A stretch of 64,000 nucleotides of DNA from an uncultured Planctomycetota bacterium (GTDB taxonomy: Bacteria; Planctomycetota; Planctomycetia; Isosphaerales; Isosphaeraceae), in contig CAWGMQ010000006.1 of assembly GCA_963823665.1 (NCBI GenBank), forward strand, positions 896,001 through 960,000, given 5' to 3'. Both the position numbers and the translations under genes were made by a program. This document shows positions 21,970 to 31,363 of the stretch, in pieces (the stretch's first letter is position 1; the number at the start of each line of letters is the position of its first letter). Below the pieces are notes generated by a model. It ran no database searches. It was not told the origin of the DNA and was given only the letters and a program-made list of their open reading frames with translations.

Positions 21970-23736
21970 GTGGCACGAACTTCCCGAGTGCGAAAAATTG
22001 CGGACATTGAGCTGCTCGAAGGCAGACTGCTCCTCTCCGGAGGCGGTCGTCAGTCGCCCGCACTCGCCCGCTTGCCCGCCTCTCCGACCGTCGCGCCGGA
22101 GTCCGCGCTGACAATCCCCGGAAGCTTCAACGCCAGTGCAACGGGGGCGGCGACGACGGTCACATTTACGTTCAAAGGAAAATACAAGATTTCGGAGTTC
22201 GCGCTCGCGGTGACGCCGAGCTCGGTAATCGCGGCTGTTCCCGTCGTTCTCAACAAGAATGCACAGCCGACGAGCGGCGTTGCCAGCGTGACGGTGACTC
22301 AATTGACGGCCACGGCACTCTTGCATTTCCAGTCCTACCGGCAGCTTCATATCACGATGTTGCCGAAAACGGCTGCGCCCGCGGGCACAATCACCGAGCA
22401 ATTCCTCGCCGCCGATCAACACGCGCTGACGACGCTCGACAACGCCTATCAAGCAGTCGAGTCTGCTGTGCCGGGGACGATCTCATCCTTGATTTCGCCC
22501 AGTTACGAACCGCCCGGCTCAACCACAGTGGGGCCAATCCCGGGAACGACGATGTTTCAACAAATCGCCGCGTTACAGGCGAATCTGAGTCAGCTTCAGA
22601 ATTACGTCGCGCAGGCGGCCGCTGGCGTGCCGGTGATACTGGGAACCGATCGTCATACTCCGATCAAGTTGACGGAGAAGTCGCTTGCGCTTTCGGACCG
22701 GATCCTAATGGCGGAGATTACCGGCGCGGAATCGTCTCCAGCCGAGGCTCGTGTGGAAGACGCGGGCACCAGCAATCCATTCGGCGACATTGCTGTTGCG
22801 CTCGGCAAACTGGCGCCGGCGCTTTCCGGCGCGGCCGCCACGTTCACCGCGATAGGGCTTGGAACAGGCGAATCGGTTCTGCTGCTTGGCGGAGCGGCTT
22901 TATTAAATGTGGCGCTGGTGGCAACCGCGGGACTGGTTTTCGGAGGCGCAATTCTGGTGGTGGCCGGCGGAATTGATCTGGCGCTGGCCGGAAACCCCAC
23001 CACGGCGCAGCTCACGAACCAGTCGCCTGCCGAGATGGCAGCCGCGGCCCAGAACCAGGTTCCTTACACCGCTGCACTGGGATTGGAGCAAAGCGCGATC
23101 CCCTACAACGATGTCAAATCCGCGGACGCCGGCCAGGTCGTGCTTGGCGTCATGGACGATGGGACAGCCGTCTATGAATCCGCCTTCGGCTCGTCGGATT
23201 TGGAACAGTCCGGCGCGAAGGTGACGATCACGAATGTTAACGCGGTGATCGACAGCGAGACCGAGGAGCTCGCGCAAATACTGGGCCTGAATCCGAACTA
23301 TGGTCCCGGCGAAGGGCAAGGCTCTGGCGGCTCGGGATCGGGCGGCGCCGGCGGGGGACAGACAGGCGGTCCGATATCGGGAAGCCTGAGCGGAACATAC
23401 ACGGGGACCGTTGCCGACACGAGCGGTCAAATATTTACTTCCTCGGTCACCGCGAGCAATATCAGCACAGCCGATGGTGAAATTTCCGGGACTGTGACAT
23501 TTGCGCAATACCCATTTGTGCAGGACGACGTGGTAGCGAGCACCGTCCCGGACATCCCGGCGACTCTCTCCGGGTTTTTTACGTCTGAGGGCAGTGCGGG
23601 CGGAGAATTCGTCATCCATCTTTCTGGTGGCGATGCCCCGCTATCGTGGAGCGGCACCGTGACGTCCTCCGGGATCGTGATCAATCTCACAGCCAGCGAT
23701 GGTTCGAGCGCAGGCACAATCAATCTTCAACCGTGA
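21970..23736 (+). CDS. Secreted/surface protein with planctomycete LExRxLLS motif
   Basis: ELLEGRLLLS near the N-terminus; GGAGG before a GTG start; hydrophobic Gly/Ala central segment; Gly/Ser linker. Confidence 0.7.
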   Translation: MARTSRVRKIADIELLEGRLLLSGGGRQSPALARLPASPTVAPESALTIPGSFNASATGAATTVTFTFKGKYKISEFALAVTPSSVIAAVPVVLNKNAQPTSGVASVTVTQLTATALLHFQSYRQLHITMLPKTAAPAGTITEQFLAADQHALTTLDNAYQAVESAVPGTISSLISPSYEPPGSTTVGPIPGTTMFQQIAALQANLSQLQNYVAQAAAGVPVILGTDRHTPIKLTEKSLALSDRILMAEITGAESSPAEARVEDAGTSNPFGDIAVALGKLAPALSGAAATFTAIGLGTGESVLLLGGAALLNVALVATAGLVFGGAILVVAGGIDLALAGNPTTAQLTNQSPAEMAAAAQNQVPYTAALGLEQSAIPYNDVKSADAGQVVLGVMDDGTAVYESAFGSSDLEQSGAKVTITNVNAVIDSETEELAQILGLNPNYGPGEGQGSGGSGSGGAGGGQTGGPISGSLSGTYTGTVADTSGQIFTSSVTASNISTADGEISGTVTFAQYPFVQDDVVASTVPDIPATLSGFFTSEGSAGGEFVIHLSGGDAPLSWSGTVTSSGIVINLTASDGSSAGTINLQP

Positions 23737-23751
23737 CCGACGGATAGCGAG

Positions 23752-24053
23752 TCACGGCCCAATCGACTTGGCTTTCGGGCTAATCTTGAACGTCGTATTG
23801 CCCGTCAAGAAGAATGCACCCGACGCATCGGTGATGCCCGAGGGTGCCAAGGCGTTGACCTTCAGCTCGCCTCCGTTTGCGAAGCTCTGTTTACCGGTGA
23901 GGATCGTCACACTGCTCGAACCGGCGGTGTAGCTGACCTGGACGGGGATGGGGCTTGTGACCGTCTTCTTCTTGTGTTTCGACTTCACCAGCACGGTGTA
24001 GTTGCCCGCATTGTCGGCAGCCGTGGGGTCTAGCGCCTCGTTGAAGGTGAGCG
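23752..24053 (-). pseudogene. C-terminal fragment of a surface protein (Ig-like), truncated at E4
   Basis: LTFNEALDPTAADNAGNY...VSY...VTI; no native start before the element. Confidence 0.55.
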
Positions 24054-24196
24054 GGGATTCCAGACACCCATCCTTTGTCTCACGGCCTCCACATCCATTC
24101 ATTCGCGGCTCGCTCGTTCGGCGCAAAACCACGGCCTCTGGTCAAGTCGAACACGCAGAAGGCCAGTGCCCGATGCTCGGCAAACGGTGGGTGTCT
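24054..24196 (+). repeat. Hairpin element copy E4 (right arm resumes at 24929-24935)
   Basis: GGGATTCCAGACACCCATCC ... GGTGGGTGTCT^GGCATCC. Confidence 0.9.
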
Positions 24197-24928
24197 TTGC
24201 GTCAGGAAAGCTCGAGAAAGGAGGAAGTGCCTCGAAACACAGAAACCTTTCATCGCGACCCTGCGGGTTAACGAATCCCGCCCGGCAGAGCCTGGCCGGC
24301 AGCCGGAAGCAAGTCTTGCGTGGGGAGGGGTGACCCTCACTGCGAAGCGTAGACAGCGAGTCTCCATGCCATGCTATCGAGCCCCGAAATACTCATCGTG
24401 GGAGCCTCCGTTGTAGACACAAGCGGGGGCCGTGTCGACACGCCGCAATGGCCTGGCGTGTTCGGTCCTGCCGGGGTCCAAGAACATGGCGCAGGGACGC
24501 GAGGGTTGCTCGGGAACCTGAGAGCCCCATCCGTCTCCACTGACATTTCCGGCTCGGGAACCGGAATACCAACTCCCCGGCCCACGACCCCGCGTCGGGT
24601 CGCTGGGAGCGAACAAGACGCAAGGGTGGTATCGCCAAACGAAGGCAACGAAGTGCGGCGAAATGGGCGGACGGGAGTCGGAGTGCTCCGTAGTAGCAGT
24701 GAAGCGGGGGAATGGGCCCTCCCAGACCCTGTGGAGCGAAGGGGGTACCGTGTCGCGGACTGGAAGCCGGAACCACGCCGAGGGCATTGGACCTCAGAGC
24801 GCGTCACCGCGAGGCGACCAGATCGTGTGAGGGACAGCGACGCCGCGACATGACGAGCCGGATGCCTTAATTGGGCACGTCCGGATCAGTGGGAGCCCTG
24901 GCGGAGCGATCCGCCAGGGCGACCCGGC
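24197..24928 (+). mobile_element. ORF-less group II intron copy A (732 nt)
   Basis: 5' TTGCG; EBS1 AGACAC at 24415-24420; DV GAGCCGGATGCC..ACGTCCGGATC; DVI ending ACCCGGC; no RT ORF. Confidence 0.92.
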
Positions 24929-25236
24929 GGCATCCGTGAGCGCCGTCCCAGGGACCAAGTCCGAAGGAAGGGCGGCAGGAAGCCGCCCCTCACCTCACCT
25001 TCGGGATTGGTACTAATGCGCTAAATCGTTCCACTCAATCGTTTCTCCACCAGTAGCTAACGACGCAATCCGGGAATTCCAGTTCACGCTGAACTATTAC
25101 AGGTGCCATTATGGCGCCCAGGGAGTGTCGCTCCGCCGCCGGCTCGTCTATGGCTACGGGAACGGCTCAGTTTCCGACCATGACCGGCGCGATTTGAAGT
25201 ACGCGGCACGGGATGGAAGCCCGCTTGAGGGAGTAG

Positions 25237-26172
25237 ATGATGTCTCTCGCGATAAGACCGTTAGGCGAAGCGGACCTAGACAACGCCGATCGCATCCTCC
25301 GCCTAGCTTTCAATCAGTTCCTTGGTCTCAAGCCACCGACTGACTTTTTTGGCGACTCCGACTACGTTCGAACCAGGTGGCGCACGGCACCAACAGCAGC
25401 TATCGGAGCCTATCTTGATGGTGAGTTGGTTGGGTCCAACTTTCTCACGCGCTGGGGGAGTTTCGGTTTCTTCGGCCCATTGTCAGTGCATCCAGACCGG
25501 TGGGGCGAGCGTATCGCCTCGGGCCTTCTTGAGGCGACAGTTGGAATGTTTACCGATTGGAAAACTGAGGTAGAGGGGCTTTTCACATTCGCGCAGAGCC
25601 CTAGCCACATTCGACTCTATCAAAGATACGGTTTCTGGCCTCGCTACCTAACGATGATCATGAGCAGGCCCGTCGATTCAGCGATCTCCGTGGCAAAGCC
25701 CGCGTTTGAATTAAGTATGAATGACTCCCCGGGTGTTAGAGAGCTGCGCGAATTGATGGAGGAAATTCATCCGGGGTTGGACCTTGAGCGCGAGATTATC
25801 TCCGTTCGAGAACAATCGCTGGGCCAGGCTGTCACGATCCGAGATGAGGGGCTCCTTGGGGGTATAGCGGTTTGCCATGTAGGGCCGAAGACGGAGGCCG
25901 GTGGTGACGCATGTTATGTAAAATTTGGCGGGGTTCGCCCTGGCTTTGGGTCGGGGCCCCGGTTCGACCGCCTTGTCGACGCATGCGACGCAATTGCCAG
26001 CCACAATGGTGTCAGCCGTTTGATTCTCGGAGTAAATGCAGCTTGCTGCCCTGCATACCGCAGACTTCTAGAACGGGGATTCCGCACTGAACTGCAGGGG
26101 ATAGCCATGCATAGAAACGATCTACCAGGCTATTTTCGCTCTGAATCATACGTCGTCTGCGATTGGCGATAG
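25237..26172 (+). CDS. GNAT-family N-acetyltransferase (tandem GNAT)
   Basis: IRPL.EADL, FFGPLSVHPDRWG.RIASGLL, LYQRYGF, YRRLLERGFR. Confidence 0.85.
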   Translation: MMSLAIRPLGEADLDNADRILRLAFNQFLGLKPPTDFFGDSDYVRTRWRTAPTAAIGAYLDGELVGSNFLTRWGSFGFFGPLSVHPDRWGERIASGLLEATVGMFTDWKTEVEGLFTFAQSPSHIRLYQRYGFWPRYLTMIMSRPVDSAISVAKPAFELSMNDSPGVRELRELMEEIHPGLDLEREIISVREQSLGQAVTIRDEGLLGGIAVCHVGPKTEAGGDACYVKFGGVRPGFGSGPRFDRLVDACDAIASHNGVSRLILGVNAACCPAYRRLLERGFRTELQGIAMHRNDLPGYFRSESYVVCDWR

Positions 26173-26310
26173 CAACCCTTGAGTACGTAATTTTCGATCG
26201 CGCATTTGCGTTAAACGAGATAATTCTGCTTCCGAGGAATTTAACGAATTGCGGTATTGGAAGCTAGGAGCTTGGGCGGATCTAATCGGCAATAACTGGG
26301 GGGCATCCTA

Positions 26311-26500
26311 TTGGAAGACTCAAAGAAGACCAAGAAGCAGTTGTTAGCGGAATTGGAATTGACTCGGCGTACGAACGCATCTTTGGAGGCCGCAATTAGC
26401 GAACTTCGAAAGAGGCAAAGTTTTGCGGAGGCACGCTATCGGAACCTGTTCAATAATGCCGATGACGGACTTTTCCAAACCAGTCCAGATGGGGTTTCCA
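26311..26500 (+). pseudogene. N-terminal fragment of a PAS-domain sensor protein, truncated at E5
   Basis: KTKKQLLAEL coiled coil, then EARYRNLFNNADDGLFQTSPDG, then element sequence. Confidence 0.75.
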
Positions 26501-26644
26501 GAGGTTTCCAGACACCCATCCTTTGTCCCACGGCCCCCGCATCCATTCATTCGCGGCTCGCACGCTCGGCGGAAAACCACGGCCTCTGGTCAATTCGAAC
26601 ACGCAGAAGGCGAGTGCCCGACGCTCGGCAAACGGTGGGTGTCT
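26501..26644 (+). repeat. Hairpin element copy E5 (right arm resumes at 27377-27384)
   Basis: GAGGTTTCCAGACACCCATCC ... GGTGGGTGTCT^GGCATCCC; preceded by a 10-nt stutter of GGTTTCCAGA. Confidence 0.9.
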
Positions 26645-27376
26645 TTGCGTCAGGAAAGCTCGAGAAAGGAGGAAGTGCCTCGAAACACAGAAACCTTTCA
26701 TCGCGACCCTGCGGGTTAACGAATCCCGCCCGGCAGAGCCTGGCCGGCAGCCGGAAGCAAGTCTTGCGTGGGGAGGGGTGACCCTCACTGCGAAGCGTAG
26801 ACAGCGAGTCTCCATGCCATGCTATCGAGCCCCGAAATACTCATCGTGGGAGCCTCCGTTGTAGACACAAGCGGGGGCCGTGTCGACACGCCGCAATGGC
26901 CTGGCGTGTTCGGTCCTGCCGGGGTCCAAGAACATGGCGCAGGGACGCGAGGGTTGCTCGGGAACCTGAGAGCCCCATCCGTCTCCACTGACATTTCCGG
27001 CTCGGGAACCGGAATACCAACTCCCCGGCCCACGACCCCGCGTCGGGTCGCTGGGAGCGAACAAGACGCAAGGGTGGTATCGCCAAACGAAGGCAACGAA
27101 GTGCGGCGAAATGGGCGGACGGGAGTCGGAGTGCTCCGTAGTAGCAGTGAAGCGGGGGAATGGGCCCTCCCAGACCCTGTGGAGCGAAGGGGGTACCGTG
27201 TCGCGGACTGGAAGCCGGAACCACGCCGAGGGCATTGGACCTCAGAGCGCGTCACCGCGAGGCGACCAGATCGTGTGAGGGACAGCGACGCCGCGACATG
27301 ACGAGCCGGATGCCTTAATTGGGCACGTCCGGATCAGTGGGAGCCCTGGCGGAGCGATCCGCCAGGGCGACCCGGC
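26645..27376 (+). mobile_element. ORF-less group II intron copy B (732 nt), apparently identical to copy A
   Basis: Constant offset of 2448 from copy A; the incidental ORF translations are identical; EBS1 at 26863-26868. Confidence 0.92.
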
Positions 27377-27455
27377 GGCATCCCGTGTTACGATCGGAAC
27401 AACCGTAGAATGTTGCCAGTCTCGTCGTCATCGACGCCGGTTGGAGAACGACATC

Positions 27456-28076
27456 ATGCCGGATGAGTCTCATGAGCAATCGGGCGGCACGGAGGCGGCC
27501 GCGCGGCGACTGAACGTCGGCGACGCGCTCATTCTCGTTGCGGCACTCGGTCTGGGGATTTCGGGCATTCGTGATCGCATCCGAACCTTTTCCCCGCGGG
27601 CCGTTGCCTGGAGGCAGGAGTATACGACGTTCCGAAACGACCTGGCCAGCGTGCCAGCGATCAGCCAGGATGAGGCTGACTTCGCTTTTCGCTCCCTGGT
27701 CGTCCAGGTCTCCGACGAGTGCCAGGCTTGGTTTCTCGGCATGCTCGTGGGATTGACTCCCGCGCAGATCTTGCTGCGGCTGCGCCGGCCACGGCCGGAA
27801 TGGCAGTCCCTGTTGCGCCAGCCTGGTTTCGTGGCCTGCTCCGCCGCGCTCATCGGTTACCTGATCGATCAGGGGTGGGACCGGTCGATCCAGTTGGGGT
27901 TCGCGAGGTTTCCCTTCTGGACATCATTGGCACCCTTGATCGTCTGGGCAATCTTGCTTCTTGTACGGCGGTGCCGGGCGGAAAAGAGCTGGATCGACCG
28001 GCTGGGCCGCGTGCTCGGCGCCTGCTGGATCGTCGCGGGTTTCTGGTCGCAGCTCGAACAGTACTATTTCTGGTAG
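27456..28076 (+). CDS. Hypothetical membrane protein
   Basis: Several TM segments; LRLRRPRP...QPG and SWIDRLGR motifs. Confidence 0.7.
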   Translation: MPDESHEQSGGTEAAARRLNVGDALILVAALGLGISGIRDRIRTFSPRAVAWRQEYTTFRNDLASVPAISQDEADFAFRSLVVQVSDECQAWFLGMLVGLTPAQILLRLRRPRPEWQSLLRQPGFVACSAALIGYLIDQGWDRSIQLGFARFPFWTSLAPLIVWAILLLVRRCRAEKSWIDRLGRVLGACWIVAGFWSQLEQYYFW

Positions 28077-28125
28077 GCTGGCGGATCGCCCGCCAAAAGG
28101 TCAGAAACTGTCAGCGCTGACCGCT

Positions 28126-29178
28126 TCACCGGAGCTCCTCGTGCCGAGTGCCCACCAGGTTCGCATGGTAATCGAGACTCTTCACGAAGCGCACCGAACC
28201 GTTGCAGAACAGCACGTGCGCACCGCCGGGATGATAGCTGCTGGCATTCGTGATATCGGAATGGTCGGCGTCTCGCAGAAAACACCCGGTGCAAATATAA
28301 CGGCACTGATTGAACACGAACCGGGGTGAGTTCGGTGGTACGATCGTATTGAAGAGCGTCATCGATTCAGCGCCCCACGACCAGTACCGGCCGCGGTCGC
28401 CGGTGAAAATGTTGGCGGCGGCGACTGGGGCGTTGAAGGCATCGTGGCATGCCTGAAGGTTTTGCATCAACTGATCGGGATATCGTTCGGCGGTCGCGGT
28501 ATCGGGATCGGCGAAGTGCGTTCCGACGTTGACGACGCCGTTGCCTCGGTACCGGCGCGGCTGCAAGCTTCCCGAAAGCCCCTCGGCGAATGCGATGGTA
28601 TTCGCCTCGCCATCGGTGATGTCGCTCGACCGGCACAACGACTGGTATCCAAAGACTCCCGTCGGCCGATGCGACATCGACTGGATCGTCGTGCCGGTGC
28701 TGGCGTAGTAGTTGTTCAAGCCGGGCCGGCCAGCGTAGAGGTCGTTCGGACACAGAAAAATGGAGACCCGCGTTTCGGTGGCCGTCGTGTTAAACGCCGC
28801 TTCCTGTGCATTGGCGTGCGGCTCGAAGTCGAAGTTGATCGAGTTATAAAGTGGTGTCTGGTCGAGATACTGAAGCAAAACGGCCTGTGCGCTCCAACCG
28901 CTCCAATCGGTCGGCTGGCCTTGCGTTCTGACCCCCTCGTTCATTGCGGCGCTGAATGTATTGAACGACGCGGTCACGCCCAGCGGGTAAGAACCGTGGG
29001 TCGTCTGGTAACTGTGCAGTGCTTGGGCAATTTGCTTGAGGTTGCTGACACACAAGGCCCGCCGGCTGGCATCGCGTGCCCTGAGGACGGCCGCCATCCC
29101 GATCATGGCGACCACGCCGATTACCATCAAGAGGCCGAAGAGGTCGTGCAAGGAAAAACCGCGCCGTGTGGTTCGCAT
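28126..29178 (-). CDS. DUF1559 (prepilin-like/SBP_bac_10) protein, C-terminus frameshifted
   Basis: RRGFSL, CVSNLKQI, LYNSINF, FLCP, SYHPGGAHVLFCNGSVRFVK. Confidence 0.85.
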   Translation of the reverse strand: MRTTRRGFSLHDLFGLLMVIGVVAMIGMAAVLRARDASRRALCVSNLKQIAQALHSYQTTHGSYPLGVTASFNTFSAAMNEGVRTQGQPTDWSGWSAQAVLLQYLDQTPLYNSINFDFEPHANAQEAAFNTTATETRVSIFLCPNDLYAGRPGLNNYYASTGTTIQSMSHRPTGVFGYQSLCRSSDITDGEANTIAFAEGLSGSLQPRRYRGNGVVNVGTHFADPDTATAERYPDQLMQNLQACHDAFNAPVAAANIFTGDRGRYWSWGAESMTLFNTIVPPNSPRFVFNQCRYICTGCFLRDADHSDITNASSYHPGGAHVLFCNGSVRFVKSLDYHANLVGTRHEELR

Positions 29179-29392
29179 GGCAACCCCCTTATCCCGATCA
29201 CCAGCTCGGATCCGGTTACGTGAGCCTCGAGCCCACCGGGCCGCGAGCCTCGTCTAGAGTCGCCTATCGCGGAGCGAAAGCCGACATAGAAACCCCGCGG
29301 GCGTTGACCGCCGCCACCCTCAACTGTAACCTCCTCCTGAACCATGCCAATAGTTGCAATATGAGCAACGACAAACTAATCGCGTCCCTGTT

Positions 29393-29698
29393 TCACCTCT
29401 GCTTCTTGGCCAGCGCCGCGATGTGCTTCTTGAATTCCTCCTCGGGGAATGCCCGCAGGCTGGTGGTCCGCACGTTGCCGGCGGCACCGACGCCGAGCAA
29501 GAACGTCGTCAGCGCGATTTCATCCGGCACATCGAACACCAAGACGCCATCGTAACTTCCCTGGGTCATGTAGTACGCCTTGATCGAACCGCCGAGATCC
29601 TTCAGCGCCTTCTTTGAAGCCTCCAGCCGCTTGGGCGCGTCCTTGATGTTGCGGATGCCCTGGTCGGTGTACGTGAACAGACTGACATAAGTCGGCAT
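29393..29698 (-). CDS. GYD domain protein
   Basis: MPTYVSLFTYTDQG...YYMTQGSYD...GNVRTTSLRAF. Confidence 0.88.
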   Translation of the reverse strand: MPTYVSLFTYTDQGIRNIKDAPKRLEASKKALKDLGGSIKAYYMTQGSYDGVLVFDVPDEIALTTFLLGVGAAGNVRTTSLRAFPEEEFKKHIAALAKKQR

Positions 29699-29813
29699 GG
29701 TCGTTCTCCCGGACGAGAAAGTGAGACACGGGTCACTGTCCGCGCGCAGCCCACACGCGCGGCGGTCGCACGCCGTCAGACTAGCCGGCGCCGTTGGCGC
29801 ACGCAAGGGTTGC

Positions 29814-30296
29814 TCATCCCCCGGCGACCTGCACGGTGATTCCGTCGATGTCCGGGAAATAGAGCCGGTTGCCCTCGCGCCGGGGTTTGAGACCCGCGTC
29901 TTTGAGCTTCTCTTCGGCCTTGTCGGCAATGTACTCGCGGATGGTGTAGCAGTAATGGTTCAGCCCAGGCTTGTCACCGCGAAACAGCGTCAGGAAGAAG
30001 TCGTCGCCGCCGCCCAGGAAGCAGTTCTCCTCACCGCTCTCTCTGACGACCTTGAGCCCCAGGTGCTTGATGTACCAGTCACGCGACTTCGGGACACTCG
30101 CAACGTTCAAGGCGATATGATTGAGCCCGGTCGCCTTGAAGGTGGCGGCCCCCGTATCGCCCTGGCTGCCTTCAGCCGCACGCGTCGTCGCCGCCAATGC
30201 GGCTCCAAGCCCTATGAGTTGAGATGCAAGCTGCCGGCGCAACAGCAGGCCGCGCTCGAAGTCCTCGATCAACGTCTCGGCGATGTCGGGTTTCAT
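29814..30296 (-). CDS. VOC/glyoxalase family protein
   Basis: GLNHIALNV...LGL...LNHYCY...YFPDIDG. Confidence 0.85.
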   Translation of the reverse strand: MKPDIAETLIEDFERGLLLRRQLASQLIGLGAALAATTRAAEGSQGDTGAATFKATGLNHIALNVASVPKSRDWYIKHLGLKVVRESGEENCFLGGGDDFFLTLFRGDKPGLNHYCYTIREYIADKAEEKLKDAGLKPRREGNRLYFPDIDGITVQVAGG

Positions 30297-30399
30297 GATG
30301 AGCCTCGTCTGGTCGAAGGTGCACGAGCCGAATGGATCTGAAGCACTCCCATCATGCCACTGCCGCAAGCGACGTGCCACACGCGAGGTGGCGGTGTTG

Positions 30400-30537
30400 C
30401 CGGAGTATCCCGGTGGCGTGAATGTGCTCGTCGGTGATGGGTCAGTCCGGTTCGTCAAGAGCACGATCGACGGGATGGTCTGGCGCACCTTGGGAACCAT
30501 CACCGGCGGAGAGATTGTCTCGGCCGAAGCTTATTGA
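30400..30537 (+). pseudogene. C-terminal fragment of a DUF1559 gene
   Basis: PGGVNVLVGDGSVRFVKSTID..VWRTLGT..GGEIVS. Confidence 0.7.
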
Positions 30538-30768
30538 GTGGTTCTGGCAGGGTAAGCGTTCCAATGGTCTGGTGCGCAGGGCGGAGCACGAATCTGCCTT
30601 CCGCCCTCTTGGAGTCGATTGACTTCATGGGATACCCGACAAATGCCTCGGTCCGCAACACCTGAGTCAACTGATCCAAGACTGCTCCGGTCGATCAGAC
30701 CGAAGCGCGCAAAGCGACCGTTCGACGCTTCGGTCGGATCGACCGACGCGCGCAATGGAGTCACTTCA

Positions 30769-30812
30769 GGGACGGAAACTGGGACGCACGGGGACGGAAA
30801 CTGGGACGCACG
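30769..30812 (+). repeat. Perfect 22-bp tandem repeat GGGACGGAAACTGGGACGCACG x2 (REP-like end)
   Basis: Seen directly; lies 42 nt upstream of a transposase remnant. Confidence 0.85.
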
Positions 30813-30854
30813 TAGTATTGACGGGAGCCCTCAGTTCTGTGAGCAAATGTTGTC

Positions 30855-30995
30855 ATGCCAAGAACAGCGAGGGTAGCAGCTTGGGGCTTTGTCTATCACG
30901 TCCTGAACCGATCCGTCGGCAGGATGCACATGTTCCGCAAGGAGTCCGACTTCGAGGCGTTCGAGCGTGTCATGGTTGAAGCTCACCTGCGGCAA
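30855..30995 (+). pseudogene. N-terminal remnant of a REP-associated tyrosine transposase (IS200-like)
   Basis: MPRTAR....GFVYHVLNRSVGRMHMFRKESDFEAF. Confidence 0.8.
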
Positions 30996-31322
30996 CGTCC
31001 TCGCCAACGAGATCGCTGGTCACAAGGCGGAGCGGCGGCCGAGGGCCGGAGAAGAATGGCTTGCCGCGACCAAGTACGATGGGGTGGATGTAAAGTCGAT
31101 GCTCATCAATAAGACCAAAGTTGGTTAGGCTTCCTGCCAAGTCTGGTCCGGCAACTTCAATCTCCCCAACTGGCTGTGCCTTCAGCCCACGTATCACCGC
31201 CTCGATGTCATCCTCGACAAGTGTGGCGTTGGGTCCGACCGACTTCAACGTGCGCGACACAACCCACTTCGGCTGGCTCCGCCACGCCGCCGCGAAGTCG
31301 TGTTCCTCCGCGCCCCAACGCC
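30996..31322 (-). pseudogene. Fragment of a dihydrofolate reductase/RibD C-terminal family protein
   Basis: PKWVVSRTL...AGPDLA....GLIDEHRLYIHPIVLGRGKPFF. Confidence 0.8.
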
Positions 31323-31363
31323 TCTCGTGAAGGGAGGGTCTGCGCACACCACGATTCCCGCTC

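Noticed and set aside
24047..24942. 7-bp direct repeat GTGAGCG flanking E4 as a target-site duplication
   Set aside because: No comparable duplication was seen at the other copies, and removing the element does not restore a long ORF. It may be chance.
24075..27301. Duplicated 95-160 aa ORFs within the intron copies
   Set aside because: Incidental frames across structured intron RNA and repeats, with no protein motifs.
14883..27384. Classical integron with attC sites
   Set aside because: No IntI in the window, no RYYYAAC/GTTRRRY cores, and cargo occurs in both orientations and is often truncated.
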